Shown one piece after another: positions 13,606 to 26,745 of a stretch of DNA of 64,000 bases. Source of the DNA: Squalus acanthias (Eukaryota). The notes under the pieces were generated by a model. That model saw only the letters and a program-made list of their open reading frames with translations. It did no database searches and was not told the DNA's origin. The position numbers were made by a program, and so were the translations under genes. The stretch is from positions 86,304,001 through 86,368,000 of the forward strand of contig CM059437.1 of NCBI GenBank assembly GCA_030390025.1. Direction: 5' to 3'. Numbering within the stretch: position 1 is the stretch's first letter; the number at the start of each line of letters is the position of its first letter.

Positions 13606-15624
13606 AACATAAGAACATAAATAGGAGCAGGAGTAGGCCATTCAATAAGATCATGGCTGATCTGATCTTGGCCTCAGCGCCACTTTCCTGCCTGTTCCCC
13701 ATAACCCTTGACTCCCCTGTAGTTCAAAAAGCTGTCTATCTCAACCTTGAATATATTCACTGACTCAGCCTCCACAGCACTCTGGGGTAGAGAATTCCAG
13801 AGATTCACGACCCTCTGAGAGAAGAAATTCCTCCTCATCTCCATCTTAAATGGGTGACCCCTTATCCTGAAACTATGCCCACGAGTTCTAGATTCCCCCA
13901 TGAGGGGAAACATCCTCTCGGCATCTACCCTGTCAAGCTCCATCAGAATCTTATGTTTCAATAAGATCACCTCTCATTCTTCTAAACTCCAATGAGTATA
14001 GGCCCAACCTGCTCAACCTTTCCTCATAAGACAACCCTTTCATCTCAGGAATCAACCTAGTTAAACCTTCTTTGAACTGCCTCCAATGCAAGTATATCCC
14101 TCCTTAAATAAGGAGACCAAAACTGTATGCAGTACTCCAGGTGTGGTCTCATCAATGCCCTGTACAGTTGTAGCAAGACTTCTCTACTTTTATACTCCAT
14201 CCCCCTTGCAATAAAGACCAACATTCCATTTGCCTTCCTAATTACTTGCTGTACCTGCGTGCTAACTTTTTGTGTTTCATGTACGAGGACACCCAGATTC
14301 TTCTGCACCGCAGCATTCTGTAGTCTCTCTCCATTTAAATTATATTTTGTTTTTCTATTCTTCCTACCAAAGTGGATAACCTTACATTTTCCCACATTAT
14401 ACTCCATCAGCCAAATATTTGCCCACTCACTTAACCTAGCTATATCCCTTTGCAGACTCTTTGTGTCCTCCTCACAACATGCTCCCACCTATCTTTGTAT
14501 CGTCAGCAAATCTGGCTACAGTTCACTCGGTCCCTTCATCCAACTGATTAATATAGATTGTAAATAGTTGAGGCCCCAGCACTGATCCCTGTGGCACCCC
14601 ACTAGTTACAGTTTGCCAACCTGAAAATTACCCATTTATCCCGACTCTGTTTTCTGTTAGTTAGCCAATCCTCTATCCATGCTAATATATTACCCCCAAC
14701 ACCGTGAGCTCTTATCTTGTGCAGTAACCTTTTATGTGGCACCTTATCAAATGCCTTTTGGAAATCCAAATACACTACATCTACTGGTTCCCCTTTATCC
14801 ACCCTGCTCGTTACACCCTCTAAGAACTCTAATAAATTTGTCAAACACGATTTCCCTTTCATACAATCAAGCAGAGTCCAAATAGTTTTATGATGATTTT
14901 CTAAATGTCCTGCTACTACTCAGTTAATAATGGATTCCAGCATTTTCCCAATGACAGATGTTAGGCTAACTGGCCTATATTTTCCTGCTTTCTGTCTCCT
15001 TCCTTTCTTGAATATGGGCATTGCATTTGCGGTTTTCCAATCCGCTGGGACCTTTACAGAATCTAGGGAATTTTGGAAGATTACAATCAATGCATCCACT
15101 ATCTCTGCAGCCACTTCTTTTAAGACCCTAGGATGCAGGCCATCAGGCCTAGGGGACCTGTCAGCCTTTAGCCCAATTAGTTTGCCTAGAACTTATTCTC
15201 TTGTGATAGTGATTGTTTTAAGTTCCTCCCTCCCTTTTGCCCCTTGATTATCTATTGTTGGGATGCTTTTAGTGTCTTCTACGATGAAGACAGATACAAA
15301 ATATTTGTTCAAAGTCTCTACCATTTCCTTGTTTCCCATTATTAATTCCCCAGTCTCAACCTCTAAGGGAACAACATTTACTTCAGCTACTCTCTTCCTT
15401 TTTATATACCTGTAGAAGCTCTTACTGTCTGTTTTTATATTTCTTGCTAGTTTACTCTCTCAATCTATTTACTCCTTTCTAATTTTTTTAGTCATCCTTT
15501 GCTGGTTTTTAAAAATTTCCCAATCTTCTGGCCTACCACTAATTTTTGTAACATTGTAAGCCTTTTCTTTCAATTTGATACCATCCTTAACTTCCTTAGT
15601 AAGTTCATCCTTTCTCGTAGAGTC
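13606..15624 (-). mobile_element. CR1-clade LINE, 5'-truncated, about 2 kb
   Basis: Minus-strand ORF pieces: WKTANAMPIFKKG..YRPVSLTS, KSCLTNLLEF..VYLDFQKAFDKVPH, LYRALMRPHLEYC, RRNFFSQRVVNLWNSLP. The 3' tail reads aacataagaacataa on plus at 13606. Confidence 0.95.
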
Positions 15625-17012
15625 ATACTAAAATTATGACTGTAATTTAGGAGCAATAGCTCTGTTCAAAGTGTCTCCTGCTCCTCCACTAGTCTGATAT
15701 TTAGAAAGTGATAACTCATAAGAGGTGGCTTATTATTTATCATTGAATTTGCTGATTCCGCCTCCTGACGGCTTTGATGACCTCAGTTACAGGCAAGGAT
15801 TGCCAGGGTCCTGTAGTGGCAATGAGGAGACAGCACTTTGGTCGTCTAGGAACTGTGCATTCCAGGGAATTCCTTTACCCAGATGAGTGTGCAGCAGTAC
15901 TGCCTGATTGTATGTTTTTTCTGGGATTGGGTCGTTCCAGTTAAGCTCCTACGCTGATCCAAAGAGCCAGTCCTTGTCACAATGAACGGAGTTGCTTTGA
16001 GACACGAGGAACCCACCCCATAACTTACGATGTGGGTCTCAGTGAGGCAGTAAATTTGATATTTTGGAAGGAATGGCATATCATTTTAAGACTGAGGTTG
16101 GGGGAAAATTTGAACCAAAAGTATGACCCCTGGATTTTTAACCATGAAGCGTAATGGGGATTACTCTCTACATTTTTGAAGATGAGGTGAAGGAGCTGCT
16201 ATACAAATACTGTGGTGACTGGGAATTTGGATTTTTTTGTGTGCTGCTTCTATACACAAATTCTAAATGTTCTCATTGTGTTGCTCTGAAGCTTAACTAG
16301 ATAATGCTGTTGGGAATATATCAAATCAACAAATGTGCCTACATCTATACTTGTTCTGACAAGCAAGTAGACAGATGTTACACCAGAATAGAATTCCTAT
16401 TGAGATGTGAATTTTTGACATAAAGCCACACCACCCACTAAGAGTGCACTAGAGAGAAATCATTTATAACTTTGAAGATCTTGGTTCTGTCTTTCTTGTG
16501 GGATTCGTAAATTATATATTTTTTTCTCCATTTGTAAGTAGCATGGCATTGGAGTTGATTTATTACAAAGGCAAATTTGTACCAAAATGGCGCAATAATT
16601 TCTCCCCCACCCCCCCCCCCCCCAACCCCCACTGAGGTTGGGCAAAAGACACATGCTCAGGACTGAATTCCCACATACATATTTCTTGAACAATAGTCTG
16701 TATTCCAAACTGATACGTCTGAACAGAAGGAGAGGAAATTCTAATATAATCACCATTACCAGTTGCATTGGATAAGGGTTGAGATTGGACTGCTTACTCA
16801 TCAACCTTGATCGGGGCATGATGTGCTTGGGAGGCAAGGAGTAGGTTTATGTGGCGAGCCAAAGAGGGAGTAAAATAACTTTCTTATGTCTCCGTGAGCC
16901 ACATACTTTCTTTAGTTGTGACGATCCTGGACACTTGCTTTGAGATCTCTGGCAATGGTGCTCAATAGCCAGCTGCAAGAAAGTGCTCGAGAGCAACTAA
17001 GGTGATTGGGTT

Positions 17013-17158
17013 CAACGTCCCCCGTAAGCTGCACTGCTCCATGCATGCCAATGCGTGGCCCATTGAAATTTTTGCGCATGCACGGTATCTACAATGTAAA
17101 AGCCAGTGAGCAGCCTGCGCGGGACCGTGCAGATGATTCCGCAGCCGCGCAAACATTG
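17013..17158. mobile_element. hAT-type MITE
   Basis: Ends caacgtcccc / aaacattg; 8-bp TSD attgggtt / actgggtt (7/8); internal similarity to 30401-30563. Confidence 0.7.
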
Positions 17159-17329
17159 ACTGGGTTCCTATCCAACTCCCCTTCATGTGGAAGTACCTTT
17201 TCTCTGCTTGGTGCTTTACTCCACAGTTTCATGGTCAAAATTCTCCAACCCTTCCTTCTCTGGCATGGTATTTTGGAGCTTCAGCATGCTGGGTGGCCAT
17301 ATCGCCACAAGAGGATTTTTTTTAAATAA

Positions 17330-17780
17330 AAAGCTTTTTCCCCTCTAATTTACTCTGCTTCTCCTGAAAATACCATCTCATGCTGGGTTATGGTTCTACC
17401 AGTGCTATACACTCTGGTACTTCACCCAAGTATTCATTCTCATGTGAGAGCTTAAATACGGAGTGCCACCAGCATATTTGATTATTGAGGAAATTGCAGC
17501 AGAGTCTGATCCTGTCTAACCTGACAGACCGACACAGACACGCACACTCCAACAGAGGACAGTTGTCAAGAGTGGAAACAATGGCTCATTTTTTTTACTT
17601 TTTAAATGTTTTTTTCTTTCCCCATCTAATTCAGGAGACTAGGGATATTTGAAACACCCTTAATTGCTGCCTCGGTTGAAATGAGCCAACTCAGGATAGA
17701 CAAGAGATCAAAGCTGAGCCATTCCTGCTCTGTATGGCTTAGTTACACGTTGCCCTTACCAACTAAGCTATTGGGAGAGC
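17330..17780 (-). mobile_element. SINE family A copy
   Basis: ggtacttcacccaagt..cattctcatgtg..gatcctgtc..gagccaactcag..ctgtatggct core motifs. Confidence 0.7.
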
Positions 17781-18659
17781 TGGATATATGTTTAACATTT
17801 TTATTGAATAAAAATATACTGTTACTGGGACAAAGGGGTGAAAGGGAAGTAAATATTTGAGCTCTAATTTTGTGCAACAAGTTGTTTAGTGTATAGAGTC
17901 GCCTTGTGTGCTGTTCAAGTTTCCAAAACTAGAATACAGTACTGTGTGTAAATAATATTTATAACAGGGTCTAATTGTGTCTAAATGTTTGCATGCTTTA
18001 CACAAATTACTGTTGAACTGCAGTGACTGTTGTAATGTAAGGAAGTGCAACAGCCAGTGTGTGCCAGGAATGTGTCTCAAATAGCGAAGAGATGAATGTT
18101 TCCTTTGTCCTACAATGTAAAAAGAATTTAAAAAAACAGGTAATAATAGCAAGCACTGAAGCAGTTTTATGTGTAAGGTTTCATAGGGTGTTATAGAAAA
18201 CTGTCATCTGTTTGTCAGCATTGCAACCATTATATGTCCAAACTTGTGCGAGCGATTTGTATTAAAGAATCAAAAAAAAAAGCTTGCTTTTCTTGACCAG
18301 TTCCCCTGTAATGAGGAAGTTCCATAACTTCTGCTTGGCAGCTAGCTGTAGTGAATTAAAAGAAAACTACAATAAACTGTAACTGGGAATCTGAGATGGT
18401 CTTCTACAAAATGGTTATGTCGTTTAAAGTAGCTTTTAATTACATTGAACAGACAGCTCGTCATAAAGCAGACTGATGTCAGCCTTTTGGTTCCAGGGAT
18501 TGAATTACAGAAGTAACCAAACAAATAATTAGCTGTATAATACATTTTTCTTTTAAGTTTCCTTTTCATGCATAGCTCTTTTAAAGATTAAATGGTTCAT
18601 GCGCTCCCAGCTGTGTTGCCTGGTGCTCGAGTGTCGTTTGTTTTTTTTTGTTGTTTCAG

Positions 18660-18746
18660 CAATTGCACTCAAGTGTGCGGACGGGGAACTTGGAGACCTG
18701 CCTGCGACTGCTCTCGTTAGGGGCCCAAGCAAATTTCTTCCACCCT
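18660..18746 (+). CDS. GIT2: GIT2 exon 5 (ankyrin repeat)
   Basis: tttcag| ... |gtaagt; 87 nt; QLHSSVRTGNLETCLRLLSLGAQANFFHP. Confidence 0.97.
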
Positions 18747-19204
18747 GTAAGTCTTCAACGTAACCATTTTTGGTGCGGAGTTTCCTCTGCAGTTTTTATG
18801 TTGCCACTGCTGCTCTCTCTATTTAATGCAGGTTAACTTAGCATATGATGTTGAATGCTTGCCAAACTGCAAAGTACTGGGAAAAGTAATTAAGCAAATA
18901 ACCATGCAAAATAGTGTAAAGTCATCTTTTCCTGTTCATACTGTACTCTTGCAAACTCATTGTTTTAAAAAAAAATGCGAATATATACAAAAATCTATAT
19001 TCTCACACAATGCTTGGCTTTTAAAGGCCATGATCTAATGAGTGCCCATGTCCTTGTCCATGCATCCCAGCAGCTGGAATTACCAGAGGTCTTGAAATAG
19101 GCCATTGGTCAACTGTTGGCTTGGAAAGTGAAAAGGGAGAGAATACCTTTTTTTAAAAAAAAACAAAGATAATCTATCTTGTTCTTGTCAACTGCCATGT
19201 ATTT

Positions 19205-19600
19205 TGAGGATATGGTTATGGTGCTGTACTAGCAATCCAGAGGTTGTGAATTCAAATCCCACCGTTAATATTGTGAAATTCAATAAATGTGCTAATTTGT
19301 GGGCTGGCACCAGGAAAAAGTTGCAAACTGCCAGATTGTCATTTAAAAGCCCAACTGGTACACTAATGTCTGCCAAAGAAGGGAAAGAGCTACCCCCTAC
19401 CCCTATTTTTGAACTGTGAATCTAGTCCCACATTGCGTGGTTGGCTCTTCATATCCTCCTGAAGTGGCCTAACAAGCCACACCATTGTAAAGACAATCAC
19501 CTAGAAGAAAGCCTACTTCAATCATCTTGGGATAACTAGCGGTGCGCAATAAATGTGGCTTTGCCAGCATTGCCCACAGCCCAAGAACAAATAACAAAAA
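19205..19600 (+). mobile_element. tRNA-derived SINE with a LINE-derived 3' tail
   Basis: Head tggttatggtgctgtactagcaatccagagg..gaattcaaatccc (A/B-box-like); tail caataaatgtggctttgccagcattgcccacagccc..aaaa matches the LINE tail at about 3300-3370. Confidence 0.7.
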
Positions 19601-19719
19601 TGTATTTTGTAGAAGTTTGCCTTTCCTGGGAGGCTGTACTTTTTTGTTGCATATAAATAGTTACTTTGTGTAAAACTGAAACTGCTTCAGTGCCTGTTTT
19701 AATTCCTTTTACATTATAG

Positions 19720-19850
19720 GAGAAAGGAAACACTCCTCTTCATGTAGCAAGCAAAGGAGGACAGATTCTACAGGCTGAGCTGTTGGCAGTATACGGTGCT
19801 GATCCCGGTGCCCCTGATGCCAGTGGCAAGACTCCATGTGACAATGCAAG
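19720..19850 (+). CDS. GIT2: GIT2 exon 6 (ankyrin repeat)
   Basis: ttatag| ... |gttaga; 131 nt; EKGNTPLHVASKGGQILQAELLAVYGADPGAPDASGKTPCDNA(R). Confidence 0.96.
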
Positions 19851-21885
19851 GTTAGATAACTGAAAAGGCCATAGAGATACCTCTCTCTATATCTTTAGTA
19901 CCGAGAAGAATATAAATGTTAATGCAACAATGACTTATTTACTGCAATGGCAAATGAATCAGTATATAATTGTGAAAAGATGAAGCATTTTTGTCACAGA
20001 TTTAGTACGGTATAGGCTTCTTGATCTTTGTTATGAAACATAAGGAATTAAAAACCAACTTCATTCAATTTAAAATGTGCCCTAGTTATTTTAAAACAAG
20101 TGTAACAGATTTTAGTTGTTTCTAAGCCAAGTGTCTGAAGGAGAAGCCAAGCCATTCAGTTCACGTACAGATATCTGGTAGGATGTGTTTTGTCAGCTCT
20201 TTTTGAATTTAACAGACTGTTGTTTAAATTTTCCTGGGCCTGGTTGTTTTCTGAAAAGTATTTCTTAGCCTGGCTGGTTCAAATCGAGAGTCTGCCTGAA
20301 GTCCTAAGAGAAAAATAGTCAGATTAGCTCGTGGACAGTGCAGGGAAAATAGAACTGTGACGGAAGAATACATTCTAGTTTAGCACAGTCGTTATGAATA
20401 CTGCTTTCCACTTAAGCGTAATAACTAGCACAATCTATGTTGCCGTTGCTATTGTGCACTTTTTGCTAATTATTAATTTGTTTGGCAGTTGAAGCCTAGC
20501 ATGTTACTCTGCCACCTTTTTGAAGGAAGATCTCATGAGGGCACTTGATAAAACCAGTAAGCCAAAATAAAGTGATGAGTTCTCTGTTTGTTTGATCACT
20601 GGGCATATTAGTCATTTTTGCACATATCTGGTTAAACAAAAATATCCTCTGGAGCATAGGGAGCAAAAGCTCACCCATGAGAGTGGTTTGCGACACTAAA
20701 CCCAAAAAGCATCTGGAGTAAAACAACTCTGAAAAATGTATTAACATTTTCCTCGTAAGTCATTCTTGACAGCTGAGAACCAGAGAATATGTACACAGAA
20801 GTTTGCCTCCAAAAATCGGGTACTGTCCATGATGAGGTAGATTGCCCATGGTCTGCAGAAGGAACATGCTTCATGCCTTGAAAAGCCTTTTCTCATTCCA
20901 TGCTTGCTTATGTTCTTGCATTGCAAATGCATGCTCATTTGAATGACTGTTACCAGCGTACAAGTCTACAGTACCATGGAACCGGGAATAGTTTTACACC
21001 AGCATCAACACAGTAACAGTCATTCTGAACGGCTACACTGCATGACAAAGGTTTGACTGTGGTCCAGTTTTGACACCAATGTATCTTTTAAATTGAAGTA
21101 TAACCAGGGTATGTTACTGTAGATACTGACCCTGTGAAAATGAGAAGTATACAACAGCGTGCATTTATATAACACTTTTAATATAAATGCCCCAAGGCAC
21201 TTCAGAGAAATGGCAAATATGCTGACCAGTAGTAGAAGCTTTAGGGAAAGTGACCAAAGACCTGGTGACCAAAGAGGTAGGTTTTGAGGAGTTTTGTGAA
21301 GTTGGGGTGAGAGGTAGCAAGGCAGAGTGCTTTAGGGGTGTCGGGATATATTACGAGGAATTTTGATGCTGTACAGAGTGAAAATCAAGCAGTTCATGTT
21401 GTCAGCAGAAGTTCAATTTGTTATGAGTATCAGCTATCCTTTTTGTAATCTACAGAAACAACCCAAGTATGCCAGATTATGTTGTATTCTTCCCGATCTT
21501 TTGACCTTTTTAATGCACTGTAAATATCTCCAGTCTGGTGAATCTGTAAAATGCTTTGGTGCTACCCATTTATGTGGGTTTCTTTCTTTATTTTGATGTG
21601 GTCAAAGGGGGGAGACTGATTCGCTGGCAAAAGGAGTTAGAACAGTTCACTGGGAGGGCTGGCAGCAGCTGTGGGTTTTTTCTCCACCTCTGTAAATTCA
21701 GCTGCAAACTCCATGTTTACTCTGATGGAAACATAAGCTTTAAAGGATTCAAAAATAATCTTTTGCTGAAATTTCTCATTCTGTAGAGTACAAGGAAAAA
21801 AGCAAGGAAATGTGATTAAAGTAGGCAGTTCTGATATGGATCTATTGGCACATCCTCCTGTATTTACATTTCTATGATTTTTGTC

Positions 21886-22240
21886 GAATCATATAGATCC
21901 AGAAGGAGGCCATTCAGCCCATCGTGCCTGTGCCGGCTCTTTAAAAGAGCTATCCAATTGGTCCCACTACCCTGATCTTTCCCTATAGCCCTGCAATTTT
22001 TTCCCCTTCAAGTATAGATCCAATTCCCTTTTGAAAGTTACTATAAATCTGCTTCCACCACACTTTCACACCGTGCATTCCACATCATCATAACTCGCTG
22101 CGTAAAAGAATTTCTCCCCATCCCCCCCTTTTTTGCTTCTTTTGCCAATTAATTTAAAACTGTGTCCTCCTCCCAGTGGAAACAGTTTCCCCCATAGCTA
22201 CCAAAATCACTCATCATTTTGAACACCTCTATTAAATCTT
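21886..22240 (-). mobile_element. CR1 3' end fragment
   Basis: agaaggaggccattcagcccatcgtgcctgtgccggctctt..., near-identical to the copies at 46672-46900 and 55017-55150. Confidence 0.8.
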
Positions 22241-22522
22241 TAATTAAATAATTTGGGTTCTGTTTGCAATAGTGGAAGTTCATGCAAGAATCAGAGCTGA
22301 ACCACCTGTTTTGGTGGCTATAAACAAGGTATATAACTACCATCGTTTTTGTCATCATAACCTCACTAGTTGGTGCTGGGGTTGCTAAATATGTACAGTA
22401 CTTTTTCCATTTTTTAGCTTCGAGTTCATGTCTTGTAATGTGTGGAGAGCCAAAAAATCTTTTCTTTTTCTCCTTTTTCAGTGCAGGTACTCTGACATTA
22501 AAATGTTACCTTTGTTTTGTAG

Positions 22523-22617
22523 GCAAGCAGGACACCATGAACTAGCAGACCGTTTAGTAGAGATTCAGTATGAACTCACTGATAGACTAGCCTTCTTTCT
22601 CTGTGGAAGGAAACCAG
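22523..22617 (+). CDS. GIT2: GIT2 exon 7 (ankyrin repeat)
   Basis: ttgtag| ... |gtgggt; 95 nt; QAGHHELADRLVEIQYELTDRLAFFLCGRKP. Confidence 0.97.
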
Positions 22618-24749
22618 GTGGGTGTGAAAGAACAGCACTGGAGAATTTAGATTAGTAGTGTTGCTCGCTAATGTTTTATTGAGATGTGCAATTCTAACCA
22701 ATAGTTTCCTCGAGGACTGCTCTAAGGAATGCAACTTGATGCACCATGGAATGTGGGATGCAAGTCTGCACCTGTGATTCCAGCGCTCTGAACTTCTGTT
22801 TTCATTCACGACACTATGGGCAGCTGCCAAATGGAGGCCATGCATTTCCCCCACAGGAAGAAAGGGGCAAAGTAAAGGACCAATTCTTCTATTAAATAAT
22901 TCTACCTCATTTCTATAATGCTGCTCAAGTACAGAGCTTTACAGGGCGGTGGGCAGTGAGTCAATACCATGGAGGAGGAAGAAGGGGAAGACTGAGGTTA
23001 GGAAGGGGAATTAACTACACGAAAGAGTTGAAGAAAAGGGTGTTTAGGAATTGTTTCAAGGCCAGAAGGGGGCGGACGAGGTGCACTTGCGGGCCTTACA
23101 CTCTTATGTATTGAAGTTGTGATAGCCCCACCTCCTGATATCATTGCCTTGTCACCTTTTGCTAGACGAAGAAAAGAAAGGCAACAACACTTAATTCCAG
23201 CTTGGTCAACATCCCACAGTTGAGCAGAAAATAGATGTAGACCCAGAAGTGCATGGGATTGTAAGTCTGCTGATGGTTGCAAGTGAAGGAGAGGCAAACC
23301 ATGTTAACGAGTGCCACTGAGAGAGAACTAATTATTCGGCTTCAAAGTTCGAAACTGTACAAATTGTGAGAAAAATGAGTAATCCACCTCAACTTCAATG
23401 CTTTGTGGAAGAGAGACTTCCTGTTTTAAATGTTCTGATGAAAGGTCATCGACCTGAAACGTCAACTCTCTTTCTCTCTCCACGGATGCTGCCTGGCCTG
23501 CTGAGTTTTTCCAGCGTTTTCTGTTGTTATTCCTGTTTTAAATGTTTTGGTGAAAGACACACTAGGGGATGAATTTCATGAATATGAAGGCCTTGCTTGT
23601 TAGATACATACAATGCAACATCCCCTCCTCCACAGGAGAGGCCAAATACTATGTACAATTTAAGGGATCCTCTGTGAACTCTCCATTTACACAATAGTCA
23701 ATATGCTGCATGGATATTAGCCAATGAGAGAGTCTTACTGCCTCCCATTCCTACATTACAACAGTGACTACACTTCAAAAAGTACTTCATTGGCTGTAAA
23801 GCGCTTTGAGACACCCAGTAGTCGTGAAAGGTGCTATATAAATGCAAGTCTTTCTTTATTCATGCTAATATGTTTTCTCTGTATTTGAATATTCATTAAT
23901 TTATTTTTTCTGTGCTCACCCTTTGCAGAATGTTTATATATTTGCAGGCGCTGAACAGGTTGTGTGTAACTGGTTTTAACCAACATGACACACAAATTCA
24001 TAATGGGTTTGGAATTTTCATTGCAATTGTGGTTTTGGGAGTAGCTTGACTCGTGCTTATGAGTGTAGTAACTTTAAATAAGCTAAGGTTCCTCTTTATG
24101 TGCTGCTTGTATGTCATGTCCAATGGTGTCTGCTAGGTAGGGGTGTCCATTACATTGTTTTACTGATTCTGGTTCTGACCTCCCTGGACACACAGATAAC
24201 TGTAAAGACCAATGCAAGATTGGCAGGTTCTCCCATAGATTGCCCATTTAAAACAGCCACCAAATCCGAACCTTCCTGAATGTGTTGCATGCACTACTCT
24301 TTCGACTCACTTTTCACTATTTGACATTCATCTTTCAAAGCATTGTGATCCTTGAAATGTTGCAATGCGCAACATTAATTGAGTGCCAACTCTTCAAACT
24401 TGTCTATCCAATGATGTACTTCTCAAGGTTCAGTTTTAAGGTATCCTTGAAGTATTTATATTACGCTCAATGGGATAACTTCACTTCCTCAATTAGAGTA
24501 GAGTACCTTCTTCGTTAGCAATTCCAGATCATAGATGGTAATGATGGATGTGTGCTGCGGGACATGTCCCCCAATCCAGACTAGTTGTAAAATCTGTGAG
24601 GGTGTACCGCATACTGGTGAGATTGACAGCATCTGATTTGGTTACTTGGTTATTGCTTTTCATAATTTTGCATTTGTGCTCAAATTTATTATGCCGGCTG
24701 TACATTTGTTTAAACTGTACTGCAACTCAACTGTCTCCTTCCATTCCAG

Positions 24750-24795
24750 ATCACAAGAATGGGCAGCACTTCATAATTCCCCAGATGGCTGATAG
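24750..24795 (+). CDS. GIT2: GIT2 exon 8
   Basis: ttccag| ... |gtgagg; 46 nt; (D)HKNGQHFIIPQMAD(S). Confidence 0.96.
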
Positions 24796-25164
24796 GTGAG
24801 GCGGAGAGATTTTTGTTTATTGTGACAAAGTCCAAATTGGTACTTGGCTGCTAGAGCGAGTGTGTGCCTTTGTTCATTGCTCTCAGCTCTCCGTTTGCGA
24901 GGATGGTCTTGGTGCCTCTAAAAGGTGATGCACCAGCCAATGCTTATAGCAGGCTAATCGCGTTAACACCAGCACGCCCACTATAAGTGGTGGGAACTGT
25001 AGCTTAAGGGTTACAGCTGGTTGGGCATAGAGTAAAGCCTTGCAACAAATAGTAAAGCTATGAGATCACAATATTTAATTTAAAAATCTGACGTCTCTAT
25101 GTGCACTCTAAGTTTTCTTATTATTAATTCCTATGTCTACATTTAAACTTGTCAGGCTGTAATT

Positions 25165-25510
25165 ACACCCTCCTGTTGCCACTTATAGCTCCTCTAGACC
25201 CATCTTTTGTTTCTTGTCCCATTACCACTGCCTGTTGACTTGCACCATCATCCCTTTTGTTATTTAATAAGTCCTGCCCTATCACAGACCTTCCCTTTTC
25301 TTCTTCTTTCCTCCCCTCCACCCCCCCTTTCCCCTGTCTGTGTACTTGCTTATAAGCTGTTAAATCTCTTAACTTCTTCCAGTTCAGATGAAACGTCATC
25401 GACCTGAAACGTTAAGCTTGTTTCTCTCTCCACAGATGCTGCCTGACCTACTGAGTATTTCCAGCATTTTCTGTTTTTTGTTTCCGATTTCCAGCATCTA
25501 CAGTATTTTG
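25165..25510 (+). mobile_element. Retroelement terminal fragment (Penelope-like; class tentative)
   Basis: tcatcgacctgaaacgttaa..tctctctccacagatgctgcctgacct..tttccagcattttctgttt. Further copies lie at 23430-23530 (+), 26746-27060 (-), 27277-27322 (-) and 35674-35860. Confidence 0.65.
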
Positions 25511-25740
25511 TGATTGCACCCTCCCCTGTAGAGGCGCTCCAGCGCCACTACTTGGTAGGATGATGTAATTACACCATGACAAGTGAATATGCAGTTGCCA
25601 TTATAAATGCAGAGATTGGAATTTAATGGCAATATAAAATTAAGGACAAAATATTTGCCTTCAAAATGGAGACTGAATTATGTCTACACACCCTGATCCA
25701 AATATTCCCTGGCCTCTAACACCCACATTATTTAAACACT

Positions 25741-26730
25741 ACTATTTACAATCAATATTAATGACTTGGATGAAGGGACCGAGTGTACTGTAGCCAAATT
25801 TGCTGCTGATACAAAGATAGGTGGGAAAGCAAGTTGTGAGGAGGACACAAAAGAGTCTGCAAAGGGATATAGATAGGTTAAGTGAGTGGCCAAAAATTTG
25901 GCAGATGGAGTATAATGTGGGGAAAATGTGAGGTTATCCACTTTGGTACGAAGAATAAAAAAGCAAATTATTATTTAAATGGAGACAGACTACAAATGCT
26001 GCGGTACAGAGGGATCTGGGTGTCCTCGTACATGAAATACAAAAAGTTAGCATGCAGGTACAGCAAGTAATTAGGAAGGCAAATGGAATGTTGGCCTTTA
26101 TTGCAAGGGGTGTGGAGTATAAAAGTAGGGAAATCTTGCTACAACTGTACAGGGCGCTGGTGAAAACACATCTGGAGTACTGCGTGCAGTTTCGGTCTCC
26201 TTATTTAAGGATGGATATACTTGCATTGGAGGCAGTTCAGAGAAGGTTCACGAGGTTGATTCCTGAGATGAAGGGGTTATCTTATGAAGAAAAGTTGAGC
26301 AGGTTGGGCCTATACTCATTGAAGTTTAGAAGAATGAGAGGGGATCTTATTGAAACATATAAGATTCTGATGGGGCTTGACAGGGTCGATGCAGAGAGGA
26401 TGTTTCCCCTCGTGGGGGAATCTAGAACTAGTGGGCATAGTTTCAGAATAAGGGGTCGCCCATTTAAAACAGAGATGAGGAGGAATTTCTTCTGAGGGTT
26501 GTGAATCTTTGGAATTCTCTACCCCAGAGAGCTGTGGAGGTGGAGTCATTGAATATATTCAAGGCGGAGAAAGACAGATATTTGAGCAACAGGGGAGTCG
26601 AGGGTTATGGGGAACGGGCGGGAAAGTTGAGTTGAGGCCAAGATCAGATCAGCCATGATCTTATTGAATGGCGGAGCAGGCTCGAGGGGCCAAATGGCCC
26701 ACTCCTGCTCCTATTTCTTATGTTCTTATA
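25741..26730 (+). mobile_element. CR1-clade LINE, 5'-truncated, about 1 kb
   Basis: LFTININDL..KFAADTK; ORF 26052-26495 (QLYRALVKTHLEYC...RRMRGDLIETYKI); tail atttcttatgttcttat. Confidence 0.95.
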
Positions 26731-26745
26731 CACTTGGTCTTGATT

